Shown here in pieces: positions 53,543-64,000 of a DNA stretch of 64,000 bases. The stretch is from contig NC_043004.1 of the NCBI RefSeq assembly GCF_006345805.1, positions 57,288,001 through 57,352,000 on the forward strand, written 5' to 3'. Each line of letters begins with the position of its first letter. The first letter of the stretch is position 1. The translations under genes and the position numbers were made by a program. This DNA is from Octopus sinensis (taxonomy: Eukaryota). The notes under the pieces are model-generated. The model ran no database searches. It was given only the letters and a program-made list of their open reading frames with translations, and was not told the origin of the DNA.

Positions 53543-53965
53543 GGCGCAGGAGTGGCTATGTGGTAAGTAGCTTGCTAACCAACCACATGGTTCCGGGTTC
53601 AGTCCCACTGCGTGGCATCTTGGGCAAGTATCTTCTGCTATAGCCCCGGGCCGACCAATGCCTTGTGAGTGGATTTGGTAGACGGAAACTGAAAGAAGCC
53701 TGTCGTATATATGTATATATATATATATATATGTATGCGTGTGTGTTTGTGTGTCTGTGTCTGTTCCCCTAGCATTGCTTGACAACCGATGCTGGTGTGT
53801 TTACGTCCCCGTCAATTAGCGGTTCGGCAAAAAGTGACCGATAGAATAAGTACTGGGCTTACAAAAAGAATAAGTCCCGGGGTCGAGTTGGTCGACTAAA
53901 GGCGGTGCTCCAGCATGGCCGCAGTCAAATGACTGAAACAAGAAAAAGAGTAAAAGAGTAAAGAG
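53543..53965 (+). mobile_element. SINE family A, full length
   Basis: Matches other A copies; AGTATA on both sides may be a TSD. Confidence 0.92.
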
Positions 53966-54616
53966 TATAATAATATTTTTTCTCTTCAGTTCTCATTGAT
54001 TGTATTTCAATTTTTCCTTAATTCTTTCTTCACGTCTATATAGAATTCAAAATCTGTGTTCAAAGTGTACGGTATGCATTGCATATAGACTTTATGAATA
54101 TTTTGTGTGTGTGTGTCTGTGTTTGTACAGAATGTTAACTTTTCAAACATTATATGTATATAATATTCAATGGAATTTAACAGTAACCTATAAAGAAATT
54201 TCACACGTTTAAGTTTATTCTTGAGGATATCCTTTTGATATTATCCTGGGTTGGGAGATCAAAATACGCGACAATTTTATGTTTCTGTTATGCTTAATTT
54301 TGAAGCATCGTCCTCGGACGTCACTTTGGCGAAACTACGAATTCATTAGCCCCTTTTATCTGTTAGCATAAATGCTACTTTCAATCTATTATGTTGAGAA
54401 ATTACTGACTTAATGCTTCAATACTGTTATTAATGTTGATATATATAATATACATATTATGTGTATGTATTATTTTATACGTGTATTTATCTGTGTGTAT
54501 GGTCATGTATGTTTACACATATATATGTATTATTTATTCAATTCTATATTTAAGAGATGAGGAATTATGTACATTATTTACATTTGACGGATATTTGTCC
54601 TCATCTTGTTTGTTGT

Positions 54617-54660
54617 TAACACGTTTCCGCCGATATACCCTGCAGCCTTCATCAGGTTTC
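54617..54660 (-). ncRNA. Minimal hammerhead motif (core intact, stem I damaged)
   Basis: Minus: gaaac-CTGATGA-a-ggctg-cagggtatat-cggcg-GAAA-cgt-gtta. Confidence 0.5.
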
Positions 54661-54727
54661 TTGGGGCAATTTCGAACCTGGGCTCTCATTCCTAAGGTAT
54701 TTTTGGACGTTGTTGTTGTTGTTGTTG

Positions 54728-54790
<63 letters not shown>

Positions 54791-54940
54791 ACATTGTATG
54801 GAATCGAACTCGGAATCTTGGGGTTAGTAGATCGCGCTCTTAACCACTACGCCATATGCCTGAGGGCATATGGTGCGGGATACTAATAATAACATCGAAA
54901 AATACCTTAGCAATGAGAACCCAGGTTCGAAATTGCTCCA

Positions 54941-54987
54941 AGACACTTGATGAAGGCTGGGGGGTATGTCAGCCGAATCGTTGTGTT
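54941..54987 (+). ncRNA. Minimal hammerhead motif (two core substitutions)
   Basis: agacac-TTGATGA-a-ggctg-gggggtatgt-cagcc-GAAT-cg-T-T-gtgtt; stems I and II intact. Confidence 0.5.
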
Positions 54988-57571
54988 AGCAACAAACAAA
55001 ATGAGGACAAATATCCGTCAAATGTAAATAATGTAAATAATGTATATGTATTGTTTATGTATGTTTAATTATAGGTGTATATATGTGTGTTTGTGTGTGG
55101 GCGTGTATTATGTGTGCATATGTATGTATGTATGTGTGGTGGGGTGTTTGATTTATATATGTAATGCACATGTCGGTTTTTATAGAATTCTTGTGTTAAT
55201 TATTCCAACTTTCGTGCACTCTTTTCTCTGAATCACATGCTTCAAAATTTCCTTTCGGTATTTCATATAGATGTGTAACGATTATTCCACGTATGTTTTG
55301 TTTAAATATAATCTGCTTACTCCTTACATAGATATATGTAAGTGACAGTATACATACACATTTGAGCACACGTGTATACATATGTAACCCTACATATATG
55401 TACATATGTATAAAGATACACAACAATTTTTTGTTTCCTTTATTTTGGAATCACATTAACTAGAGAGATATATTAGGCATTTGCATGTCTCAATATATAT
55501 TAGGTTAATGGTTTTATGTTCCTTCCTTAAAACATGAGCTCTAACTACTTTAACTGAAGAATGTCCAGTCGTGTGTATTTTCAGAAGACCTATGACTTCC
55601 GTAAATTGTTTAATGGAAAATCAATGTACAATTTGAAGTTGAAGAATTATTGCAATCGCCTTGTGAGTTAAATGAAAGCCGAATAATTCTTCATGGGAAA
55701 ATCAGTTTTGTTATAAGCCTGTTGAATATCTTGTTGAAGATACAAAATAAAATAAGATATACATCCACAATATAATACAATATTCATCACAATTCTCCTT
55801 ATGCATATAAAATATAGGGGCCATAGTTTATTTGAAGGTGCCATTAAACACATAAACGCGGGCTGACATACGAACAGACACGCAAGCACACATATATTCA
55901 CAGACACATGTCCCTAATTTGAAATTGTCGATATTTAAATTTCACGTTTCTATCCCATTGTCAAAAAAAAGATTATCGCCTGTTATTATATTATTTGTTT
56001 GAAAATTGTAGTAGAAACGTAAAAGTGAAAATATTTACAATTCGAAATCCTACCTTAATATTGTGTGTAGGTTTATCTGTGTATTTATATTTGCGTGTTT
56101 TTGTGTTTATATCTTAATCCCTCATCACGCCAACGTTTATAGTTACAGAAAATGTATATTTCTTCATATGAGCTATTGACTACACAGTTATGGAGAAATC
56201 AGGAATTTTAAAGAATATTCTTTATCATTGCGCCATGTTTCAGTTACGTTTATATTGCTTAGGTATGAGCATTTATTCAACAACTGCGTGGCTTTGTTTA
56301 GGGAAAAACTTTGCAGCAAAAGGGAATACCGTTATCCAAAGCATTCATTCAAGTGCAATTTGAATAATATTTATCAATGAAGTTATTAAATACTTATTTG
56401 ACATTTGATTATATCAATTCCATTGATGAAAGTAGCATAAAAATCTTCTTTTCAAGTTGAAACTTACAGCGGTATGTTGCAATATTTGCATCTTCCCAGC
56501 AAGACAAATATGACATTTATTCATTGGTTTTGTAAAAAGAGAGCCTATTCGATTTTGCCTCTGGTTTTGCAAAAACAAATATTTTTCAAGTTCTGAAGTC
56601 TGTATATTCTGCACTGATGCAGCATTATCTAATTCGGGATCTAAATAAGTTCGGGTGTTGAGATAATCATCGGTGACAATCGTCACGTGTAGTACCTCGA
56701 GAAATCTTCAGTTGAGCAAGCGTTGCTTTATAAAACACTACACATGAAAAGGAGAATCTGAATTAGCAGCTAGATTAATTTAGTGAGACGTAGGTGGAAG
56801 CCATTGGTACAGGTGTTGGCTGTTGTCTTTCGTAGTGCATTGTCAGAAGCGATGTTATCGTGATTTGGATAATATAATTTTCATATTATTCTCATCAATA
56901 ACCTTCCAGTATTAAAGGGAGTTTGTGAAACGTATAATACTGAATAACATAAATAGACTTGTTCAAATATGCGAAAATACTTAATTTTTGTTGTTGCTAT
57001 TGATATTGTTAATTTTTGCGTTATTCTTCTCCATTCTTTTACATTTCTTCTTTTAAAAACTTCGGGAGATTTAACTTTCATTCTTCATTTGGATTTTCAT
57101 CCTTACGTTTATTTTAAAATAGCGAAAACAATTGTTAATTGGCAATTAACTTTACACCTGTCATCGTGTTGGTTCGGTCAATAGAATTAATTGAATCCAT
57201 TGAAAATTTCGCCTCTGGATATTTGACCCATCCCAAACAATTTATTTCAGTGACACATAGTTCACCTCACACTTGTCAGTGCTCTTAATAACAATCAGTG
57301 AAATGGCGCTATGTACCTGAATTAGATATTCTACTTCATAGATACACAAATAAAATCTCTCTCCCTTCTCTCTTTGTTTTCTTTTCTCCCTAGAGTTGTA
57401 TATTTCAAATTTCTTCCTACTACTCAATGTATCTCTATTACACTATTCTATATTTCACATTATCTTTTGCCCACCCTTTCACACCCTTTTTCCACAGCAC
57501 TGACTTTCTCTCCCCAACTCAATTTCTGTTCCTTCGTTAATTTATTATAATTCCAGTATCTTTATTATAGT

Positions 57572-57891
57572 GAAGGCGCTTGGCTTAGTGGTTAGGGGCA
57601 TTCGGCTCATGATCGTAAGGTCATGAGTTCAATTCCCGGCGGCGCGTTGTATCTTTGAGCAAGACACTTCATTTCACGTTGCTCCAGTCCACTCAGCTGG
57701 CAAAAATGAGTAATACCTGTATTTCAAAGGTCCAGCCTTGTCACACACTGTGTCACGCTGAATCTCCCGAGAACAACGTTAAGGGTACACGTGTTTGTGG
57801 AGTGCTTAGCCACTTACACGTTAATTTCACGAGCAAGCTGTTCCGCTGATCGTATCAGTTGGGACCCTCGTCGTCACAACCGACGAGGTGC
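57572..57891 (+). mobile_element. tRNA-derived SINE family C, full length
   Basis: Head GAAGGCGCTTGGCTTAGTGGTTAG...GAGTTCAATTCCC; TTGAGCAAGACACTT core; 3' half shared with 8060-8200. Confidence 0.9.
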
Positions 57892-58557
57892 TTCTTTAAA
57901 AAACAAATCTTTATTACACCAACGTTTCATGGTTACACGCATAATTTTCTTTACAAATTTTCGACTGCAAAATCCCGTGTCGCTCTCACCTTTTTTATTA
58001 CATTATTTTTGTTAATATATTAGACTTGCAATTTTCCGAATGAGTATTTATTTCTTTATTACAAAGAACGACACAATGAAATTCCTTTTGTTAATAATTA
58101 AGTTTTGATAAGAAACGCTTTTTGTTCAGGAATTGTTCAGCCTTTTGTTCAGAAAATAGAGCTTTTGAATGAAAGTATCAAAAGCCTTCCGTTTAAGGGT
58201 CAGACACCTAGCCACAAATCTCATTTCATTATATATTTATTTATTCACTAGATACATTTATCACAGTTATTCAAGCACGTGAAGAAAAGTACATATATAA
58301 GTGCGTGTCTGTTTATGTATATATGCATTTATATTGATATAAGTATAAATATAAAAGTGTACATGTGTGCATTAATTTATGTATGTTTATAAATATATAT
58401 ATATATCTATATGTGTGTGTGTCTGTGGTGTACATATGCATCATATACATAAACATCTTTTATATACATGTATATATATATATATATATAATAAATTATA
58501 TATACACTTATATATACACACACATAAATTATATATACACACACACACACACAGATA

Positions 58558-58612
<55 letters not shown>

Positions 58613-58749
58613 AAATTAAAGCAACGAACATTAAAAATAACAATAACAAGCAACAGGTGGATGTGGACATATAATGTATTGATTTGGCGTTCAAATGTGT
58701 GTGCATGCGTGCGTGTGCGTGTTTGCGGCAGTGTTCTAGAATAATATAA

Positions 58750-59660
58750 TTAAAGAATTGATTATTATATGGTAAATCTCTGGCCAACGCAGTAGAGATA
58801 ACAATCAAGATATTCCTATACGGTACATTTCCTGATCTTTGTGCATGTTTTGAAGTTTTGTACTCTTTCACGTATAACACGTGTAATGTCGTCCAGTATG
58901 GGAATATGTACCGCGACCGAAAGGTGGGGAACTTCAACAATAATCCTAATCTACTGCACATGAAACCATTAGCGTCATTGTTAAACTACAAAAAAAGAAT
59001 ATTCATCTCCCAATCCGGGTCATACTACCATGTGTGCAACATCTGGATTCTTTCCCATGACATTCATATCTTATGCCTCTGGTGTGAGGCCTCACTTCCA
59101 CACACGCCAGCTTAATTCAATTCGTCCTTAGTCGAAAGACACCTGTTGTTAATGTCCTATTGTTTGTATTTGTGTACCATTTCTCCTTCCTTTCGTATAC
59201 ATTCGCTTTCTTTCTTCCAAGGAATGTTGTGCTCTTAGCTTAGTTTTACTTGGATAATATCGAATCCAGTGCTCCGATGACAATAGGGACAACCAATATG
59301 TCTGACTCTCGTAGCTGCCATGTCTCGGTGGTTGCAATTCTCAATTCTCATGCATAGGTTTTTTTGTTTTTTTTTGGTACCGTTTGTAGTTCTTTATTAC
59401 AACATTGTTTATCACAACGTGGTCCTTGGTACCCTTGGATCTTTTTTGTTATCCCTTTTGCTCTACTGGCATAGATTGTCTTCCGCAAAGAACGTATATA
59501 TTTTTCCTGCGACGATGCCTGTTAACACTTTCCATAAAAGGTTAAAACAAGCAATGTTGTAGTAGTTGTTGTTTTTGTCTTTGGGCATTCTCCTCTCACC
59601 GTTGTAAATTGCTGCTTTGTTTGTTGACTCAATGTATAGTAGTAGTAGTAGTAATAGGTC
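58750..59660 (-). mobile_element. Degenerate R4/Dong LINE RT fragment
   Basis: Minus: MPKDKNNNYYNIACFNLLWKVLTGIVAGKIY...EQKG..KGSKGTKDH (cf. IPK...NYRPITCL..LWKLLT.I.A.KIY..EEQKG...SRGTKDQ). Confidence 0.78.
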
Positions 59661-59846
59661 TTTGTATTCCATTGAGATCACGAAAGAAATGAGGAAGCGT
59701 CACACCCTAGCAGTCAGCAGATGTCAAATGTGTTTTCAACTTCTCGGGACCGATGAGAGAACTGACCTTTGTCTTGGAAAGGACTGACACACCTTGTTCT
59801 GTTTTGATTACTGATAGAAAATAATGATAATATATATATATATATA

Positions 59847-60055
59847 CTCCTTACTCTTTTACTTGTTTCAGTCATTTGACTGCGGCCATGCTGGAGCACC
59901 GCCTTTTTAGTCGAGCAAATCGACCCCGGGACTTATTCTTTGTAAGCCCAGTACTTATTCTGTGGTCTGTTTTGCCGAACCGCTAAGTGACGGGGACGTA
60001 AACACACCAGCATCGGTTGTCAAGCAATGCTAGGGGGACAAACACAGACACACAA

Positions 60056-60100
<45 letters not shown>

Positions 60101-60265
60101 TACGACAGGCTTCTTTCAGTTTCCGTCTACCAAATCCACTCACAAGGCATTGGTCGGCCCGGGGCTATAGCAGAAGATACTTGCCCAAGATGCCACGCAG
60201 TGGGACTGAACCCGGAACCATGTGGTTGGTTAGCAAGCTACTTACCACACAGCCACTCCTGCGCC
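59847..60265 (-). mobile_element. SINE family A, full length
   Basis: Matches other A copies. Confidence 0.92.
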
Positions 60266-60291
60266 TATTATATATATGTGTATATATATAT

Positions 60292-60348
<57 letters not shown>

Positions 60349-60489
60349 ATATATATATATATACTGTTATTTACACCATTGAATTTTTCTTTTCTCTTTA
60401 TAAGTTTTGAGTAGTTTACAGTTTTTCGTAATTGTGCAGTTTGTATATATTGGCAGTTATCTCCTTAGTTTTTATCGTGAGTTTAGTAG

Positions 60490-60780
60490 TGTTGTTGCAA
60501 TAAAAGGTATGTTTACATATTCGAGTCGTCAGGGAGGAAAGAAGGGTAAAGTTTTCACAAAAATTTGTAGTTATTAAAGCCTTAAAATTTTTTATACATA
60601 ATGGCTTGTGTGTCCGACCATAGAAAACTCTAGTGTTCTTGAAATACAAGTATGTTTACATTTCCGAATAATCAAGAAGAAAGGAAAGCATATTCACAGA
60701 AACTTGTAGATATTAGTTCCGAAGTTTTCAAAGATGATCGTTTGTGTGTTCGGCCACAGAGAGCTGTAGATATACAAGTT
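60490..60780 (+). repeat. Degenerate tandem unit (about 136-bp period), shared with 44667-44885
   Basis: TGTCCGA at 60611 and TGTTCGG at about 60747; GGTAAAGTTTTCACAAAAATTTGTA parallels 44675. Confidence 0.65.
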
Positions 60781-62525
60781 TTTAAAGATTATTATTATTA
60801 TGCTGAGTAGCCATGTCTCATGGACAAGACGAGTCAAAACTCTTGTTTAATAATCGCCGTAGAAGTGTTAATGTGAAGTAACTTAACCCTTGGTGGTAAA
60901 GGGAAAATTACTCATACCAGATCGGTGATCGTTCGGATCAAAAAGGGCTACGTCCAATATGGAGTATAAAAGTCTGCAGCTGGAAGAAGCTATTCTACAA
61001 ATACAGATCAATATGAACCCATGCTCTCCTAATTCAAGAGTAGAAGAAAGACAAATATCTAAACGTATCAAAAGAAACCGAGAAGAGCATAAGCAAATGA
61101 TATATAGTGATAAAGGCATGTTATCACTCGTTGGAAAAATATATGAATCAAAAGAGAAGGTATATTTCTTAAGTGTATTGAGGGGAAGAAATCAAACAAT
61201 GAGTCTAAACATGAACGCAAACAAATTGCTAATGTAAGAAGTGATTTTCCTAGAAACAAGCGACTAACAGACGCATAGTTAAATGAAATCAAGAGGAAAG
61301 TTGAAAAAGATTTGAGAACATGAACATCAGGTATAATGTGACTGGAGAGAAACTAAAAAAACTTAGTGACTAAGTTGTCTTCGGAAGAAATTACAATAAC
61401 ATCAAAAGTGTCAGAAATAAAACGGAACAGATTCAATCTGAAAACATAAACAATATGGATGGGGATACTTTTGTTCATGAGTATAAAGATCGGCTTGAAC
61501 AAACAAAGCAAGAAATAATCATTGAGTTTGATAAAGTAAAAATCATTTGTATGACTAACTGCAAGGCATTGCAGAAACTGACAAAAACGACCAGAACACA
61601 AAACATTTTTTTTTTATTTATTGGAAATCAGTCTGTTAATGCAATAAGTGAAAAACATAGAACCTGATGTATCAGAATTGAATGCGGTAGCAGAACGAAA
61701 ATCTATGTCAAAGAAAAGACGAAAATGACGCAGGACTCACACAGAATCCGCTAAAACAATTCGGAAGACCAAAATGTGAAAGGTGATTAAGAAATATAAA
61801 ATACTTCAAAGCATGTTTTTCTATTGACCAAAGAGACACTGAAACCGAAAATACAGCTGAGATTTCCAAGAATCAGAAAATTCGAAAGACGAAACAGGTT
61901 CGAGGAGCAAAATTAGCTGTTTTTGTCAGATGCAAAAGGGGCGTACATGTAAAGTGGGACATAGACAATTTGAGTAAAGGAAACTTCTTCCATTTTTGAG
62001 ATTGAAGGAGTTCGGAAAACAATATGGAATACAGAAAAATCCAGTAATGACAATTCAGAATGGATAGAGCGCATTCTGTAATTTAAAAAAGCTGATGCAA
62101 CTAGACAGAACTATAGCAGAATTTGAGTTAGCAGTAAAGAAACCCAACAAATGTAAACCTCCTGGCAATGAAACTGTGCCAATCTTCTGGTGGTGTTCTC
62201 TAGCAGCTACATATGATATACTGCTAAAATTTTATAGCGAAATTATGCAGATCACTGAGAAAAACACTGGTTCTTACAACTGTAAATACCGACTTCTGAT
62301 TAACTGTATTATCCTAGAAAGTTGTCGTAGTATTACATTGGGTAATATGCAGATCTGACAATATAAAGACAGAGAAAAGATGATACAACTATCACTCAGA
62401 TGCAGAAAGAGAGTACGATGATGTGACAATCCTTCGAGATTTTCTTGTGAACACTGAGAGAATGGTCAAAATCAAACCCTCGATATAATTGTGAAGAACC
62501 GTAAAAATACATGCATTTTAATTTA

Positions 62526-63817
62526 CGAGGGACGTTCAATAAGTAATGCCTATGACCCACTTGCAGTTGTTTGATCTAGCTGAAATTTTGCATATGCAAT
62601 TATTTATATCTCTATAGATTAAGTGGAAAATTACAGCTCTGAGCTAATTGTGGTTTTTGATTTACAGGTGTTTGAACTGAGTCAAGTGTGAAATGGAGCC
62701 TGTTGAGTGTCGAACAGTGATCCGGTTTTTGTATTTGAAAGGACGCATACCACAGGAGACTTTTGATGAAATGAAAGTAACTTATGGTGATGATGCCCCA
62801 TCATATGACCTTGTAAAACGCTGGCATCGTGAATTCAAACATGGTCGGAACTCTGTGGAAACAGCTCCCAGATCTGGTCACCCCCTTCTGCCATTGATGA
62901 GGCATCTGTCCGTCAAGTTGAGGCTGCCATTTTGGAAGATCGATGCATAACTATTCGCCAAATAGCCCATGAGGTCAAGATTAGTACCGGGTCTGTGGAA
63001 ACTATCATTCATGACCATTTGCATATGCAAAAGGTGTCTGCCAGATGGATTCTCAGGCTGCTCACACCTTTCCAGAAGCAAGAACGCGTCGAGTGCTCGA
63101 GGATGAATTTGGAGATGTGCCAAGAAGATGAGTCAAAATTTTTCAAAAGACTGATTACACAGGATGAAACCTGGGTCCATTACTATGATTCAGAGACCAA
63201 AGCCCAGTCAATGCAGTGGAAGCACCGTGACTCACCTCCTCCAAAGAAGGCAAGGGTGCAGTCCTCCGCTGGCAAGGTCATGCTCACAGTCTTCTAGGAC
63301 CAGGACGGAGTAGTGATGACAGATTTCCTGGCAAAGGGTACCACAATTACAGGAGCCTATTATGCTTCACTTTTGAGGTAATTATGAGAAGCTATCAAAA
63401 CCAAGAGGTGGGGCAAGATCAGCAAAGGCATCCTCCTCCTGCAGGACAACGCTCCGGTTCACAACTCACGTGTCGCCAGATCAGAAGCACAGGCGTGCTG
63501 CTATGAACGCCTCCCCCATCCCCTCTACGCTCCTGACCTTGCATCCTCTGATTTTCACCTCTTCCCAGCCATGAAGTTTTTTTTTAAAGGAAAGCATTTC
63601 ACAGATGATGCAGCCTTGATTTCTAAAGTCACGTCGTGGTTGGAGGACCAAGCTGGGGTCTTCTACAAAAACGGTCTCCAGCGCTGCATCAAACGATGGC
63701 AGAAATGCGTAACTCTGGGTGATTCCTATGTAGAAAAAGACTAATAACTGTGCCAAGTTTCGTTGCTCTACTCCTATGGGAAGTGGGTCAGGGGCATTAC
63801 TTATTGAACGCCCCTCG
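62526..63817 (+). mobile_element. Near full-length mariner transposon (1292 bp)
   Basis: 37-bp TIRs CGAGGG(A/G)CGTTCAATAAGTAATGCC(TA/CC)TGACCCACTT (3 mismatches); TA TSD at 62524-25 and 63818-19. Confidence 0.96.
62693..63744 (+). pseudogene. Mariner DD34D transposase pseudogene
   Basis: MEPVECRTVIRFL...RWHREFK.GR; TQDETWVHYY; LQDNAP; 34 residues; SDFHLFP; YAPDLA motif. One 1-nt deletion near 62880 and three premature stops (63295, about 63379, about 63385). Confidence 0.95.
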
Positions 63818-63847
63818 TACATAATCTGATTCTAGCATCTCCTAAGT

Positions 63848-64000
63848 GAAGGCGCATGGTTTAGTAGCGTTTTCGGCTCACGACTGCAAGGTTGTGAGTT
63901 CAATTCCCGGGGAGGCGTTGTGTCTCTGAGCAAAATACTTTCTTTCCCGTTGCTCCAAACCATTCCGCTGGCAAAAATGAGTATTACCTGTATTTCAAAG
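63848..64000 (+). mobile_element. SINE family C (runs off the window end)
   Basis: Matches 57572-57730. Confidence 0.85.

Larger units (their letters stand above)
54541..55045. mobile_element. Family E palindromic element, locus 2: <- tail-(TAA)n-tRNA head | truncated head-tail ->
   Basis: Minus head 54786-54860 GGCATATGGCGTAGTGGTTAAGAGCGCG..CTACTAACCCCAAGATTCCGAGTTCGATTCC; centre GCCATATGCC-tgag-GGCATATGG; both tails match 38561-38732. Confidence 0.87.
60800..63845 (+). mobile_element. Degenerate R4/Dong LINE interrupted by a mariner at 62524
   Basis: NANKLLM/VRSD..RNKRLTDA.LNEIK (N-term), EFELAVKKPNKCKPPGNETVPIFWW (cf. K...WKSPG.D..PNFW), and an RLE region ...DIIVKNRKNTCILI cut by the mariner and resuming as ATCTGATTCTAGCATCTCC (SDSSIS). 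Confidence 0.75.

Noticed and set aside
60803-60920. Possible HDV-like ribozyme at the R4 5' end (TGAGTA...TACTCA pairing)
   Set aside because: L3, P1.1 and J4/2 consensus not identifiable by eye; would need a covariance-model search.
63481-63822. 113-aa minus-strand ORF
   Set aside because: Antisense shadow of the mariner transposase and TIR.

Overview
AT-rich, microsatellite-saturated, repeat-dominated eukaryotic DNA. The SINE/LINE repertoire looks like a coleoid cephalopod (octopus-like; my inference, not a database result). I found no intact host protein-coding gene; almost all ORF-track entries are translations of (AT)n/(GT)n/(TAA)n repeats. Supported content: three mariner (Tc1/mariner DD34D-type) relics, one near full length with TIRs and TA TSD; about nine degenerate R4/Dong-clade RLE-LINE pieces; two GC-rich RTE-clade 3' fragments; a CR1-like APE fragment; Penelope-like (PLE) RT and GIY-YIG fragments with terminal-repeat remnants; Helitron/Helentron-like non-autonomous units; and more than 25 tRNA-derived SINE copies, which I label families A-D (labels A-F are mine). 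Top signal: about ten minimal type-I hammerhead ribozyme motifs. Four of them sit in a head-to-head palindromic element present twice (38262-38732 and 54541-55045), in which a tRNA-like Pol III head is joined through (TAA)n to a hammerhead-bearing PLE-type tail. This is a candidate ribozyme-carrying, Penelope-dependent SINE. Coordinates of degenerate repeats are approximate (tens of bp).
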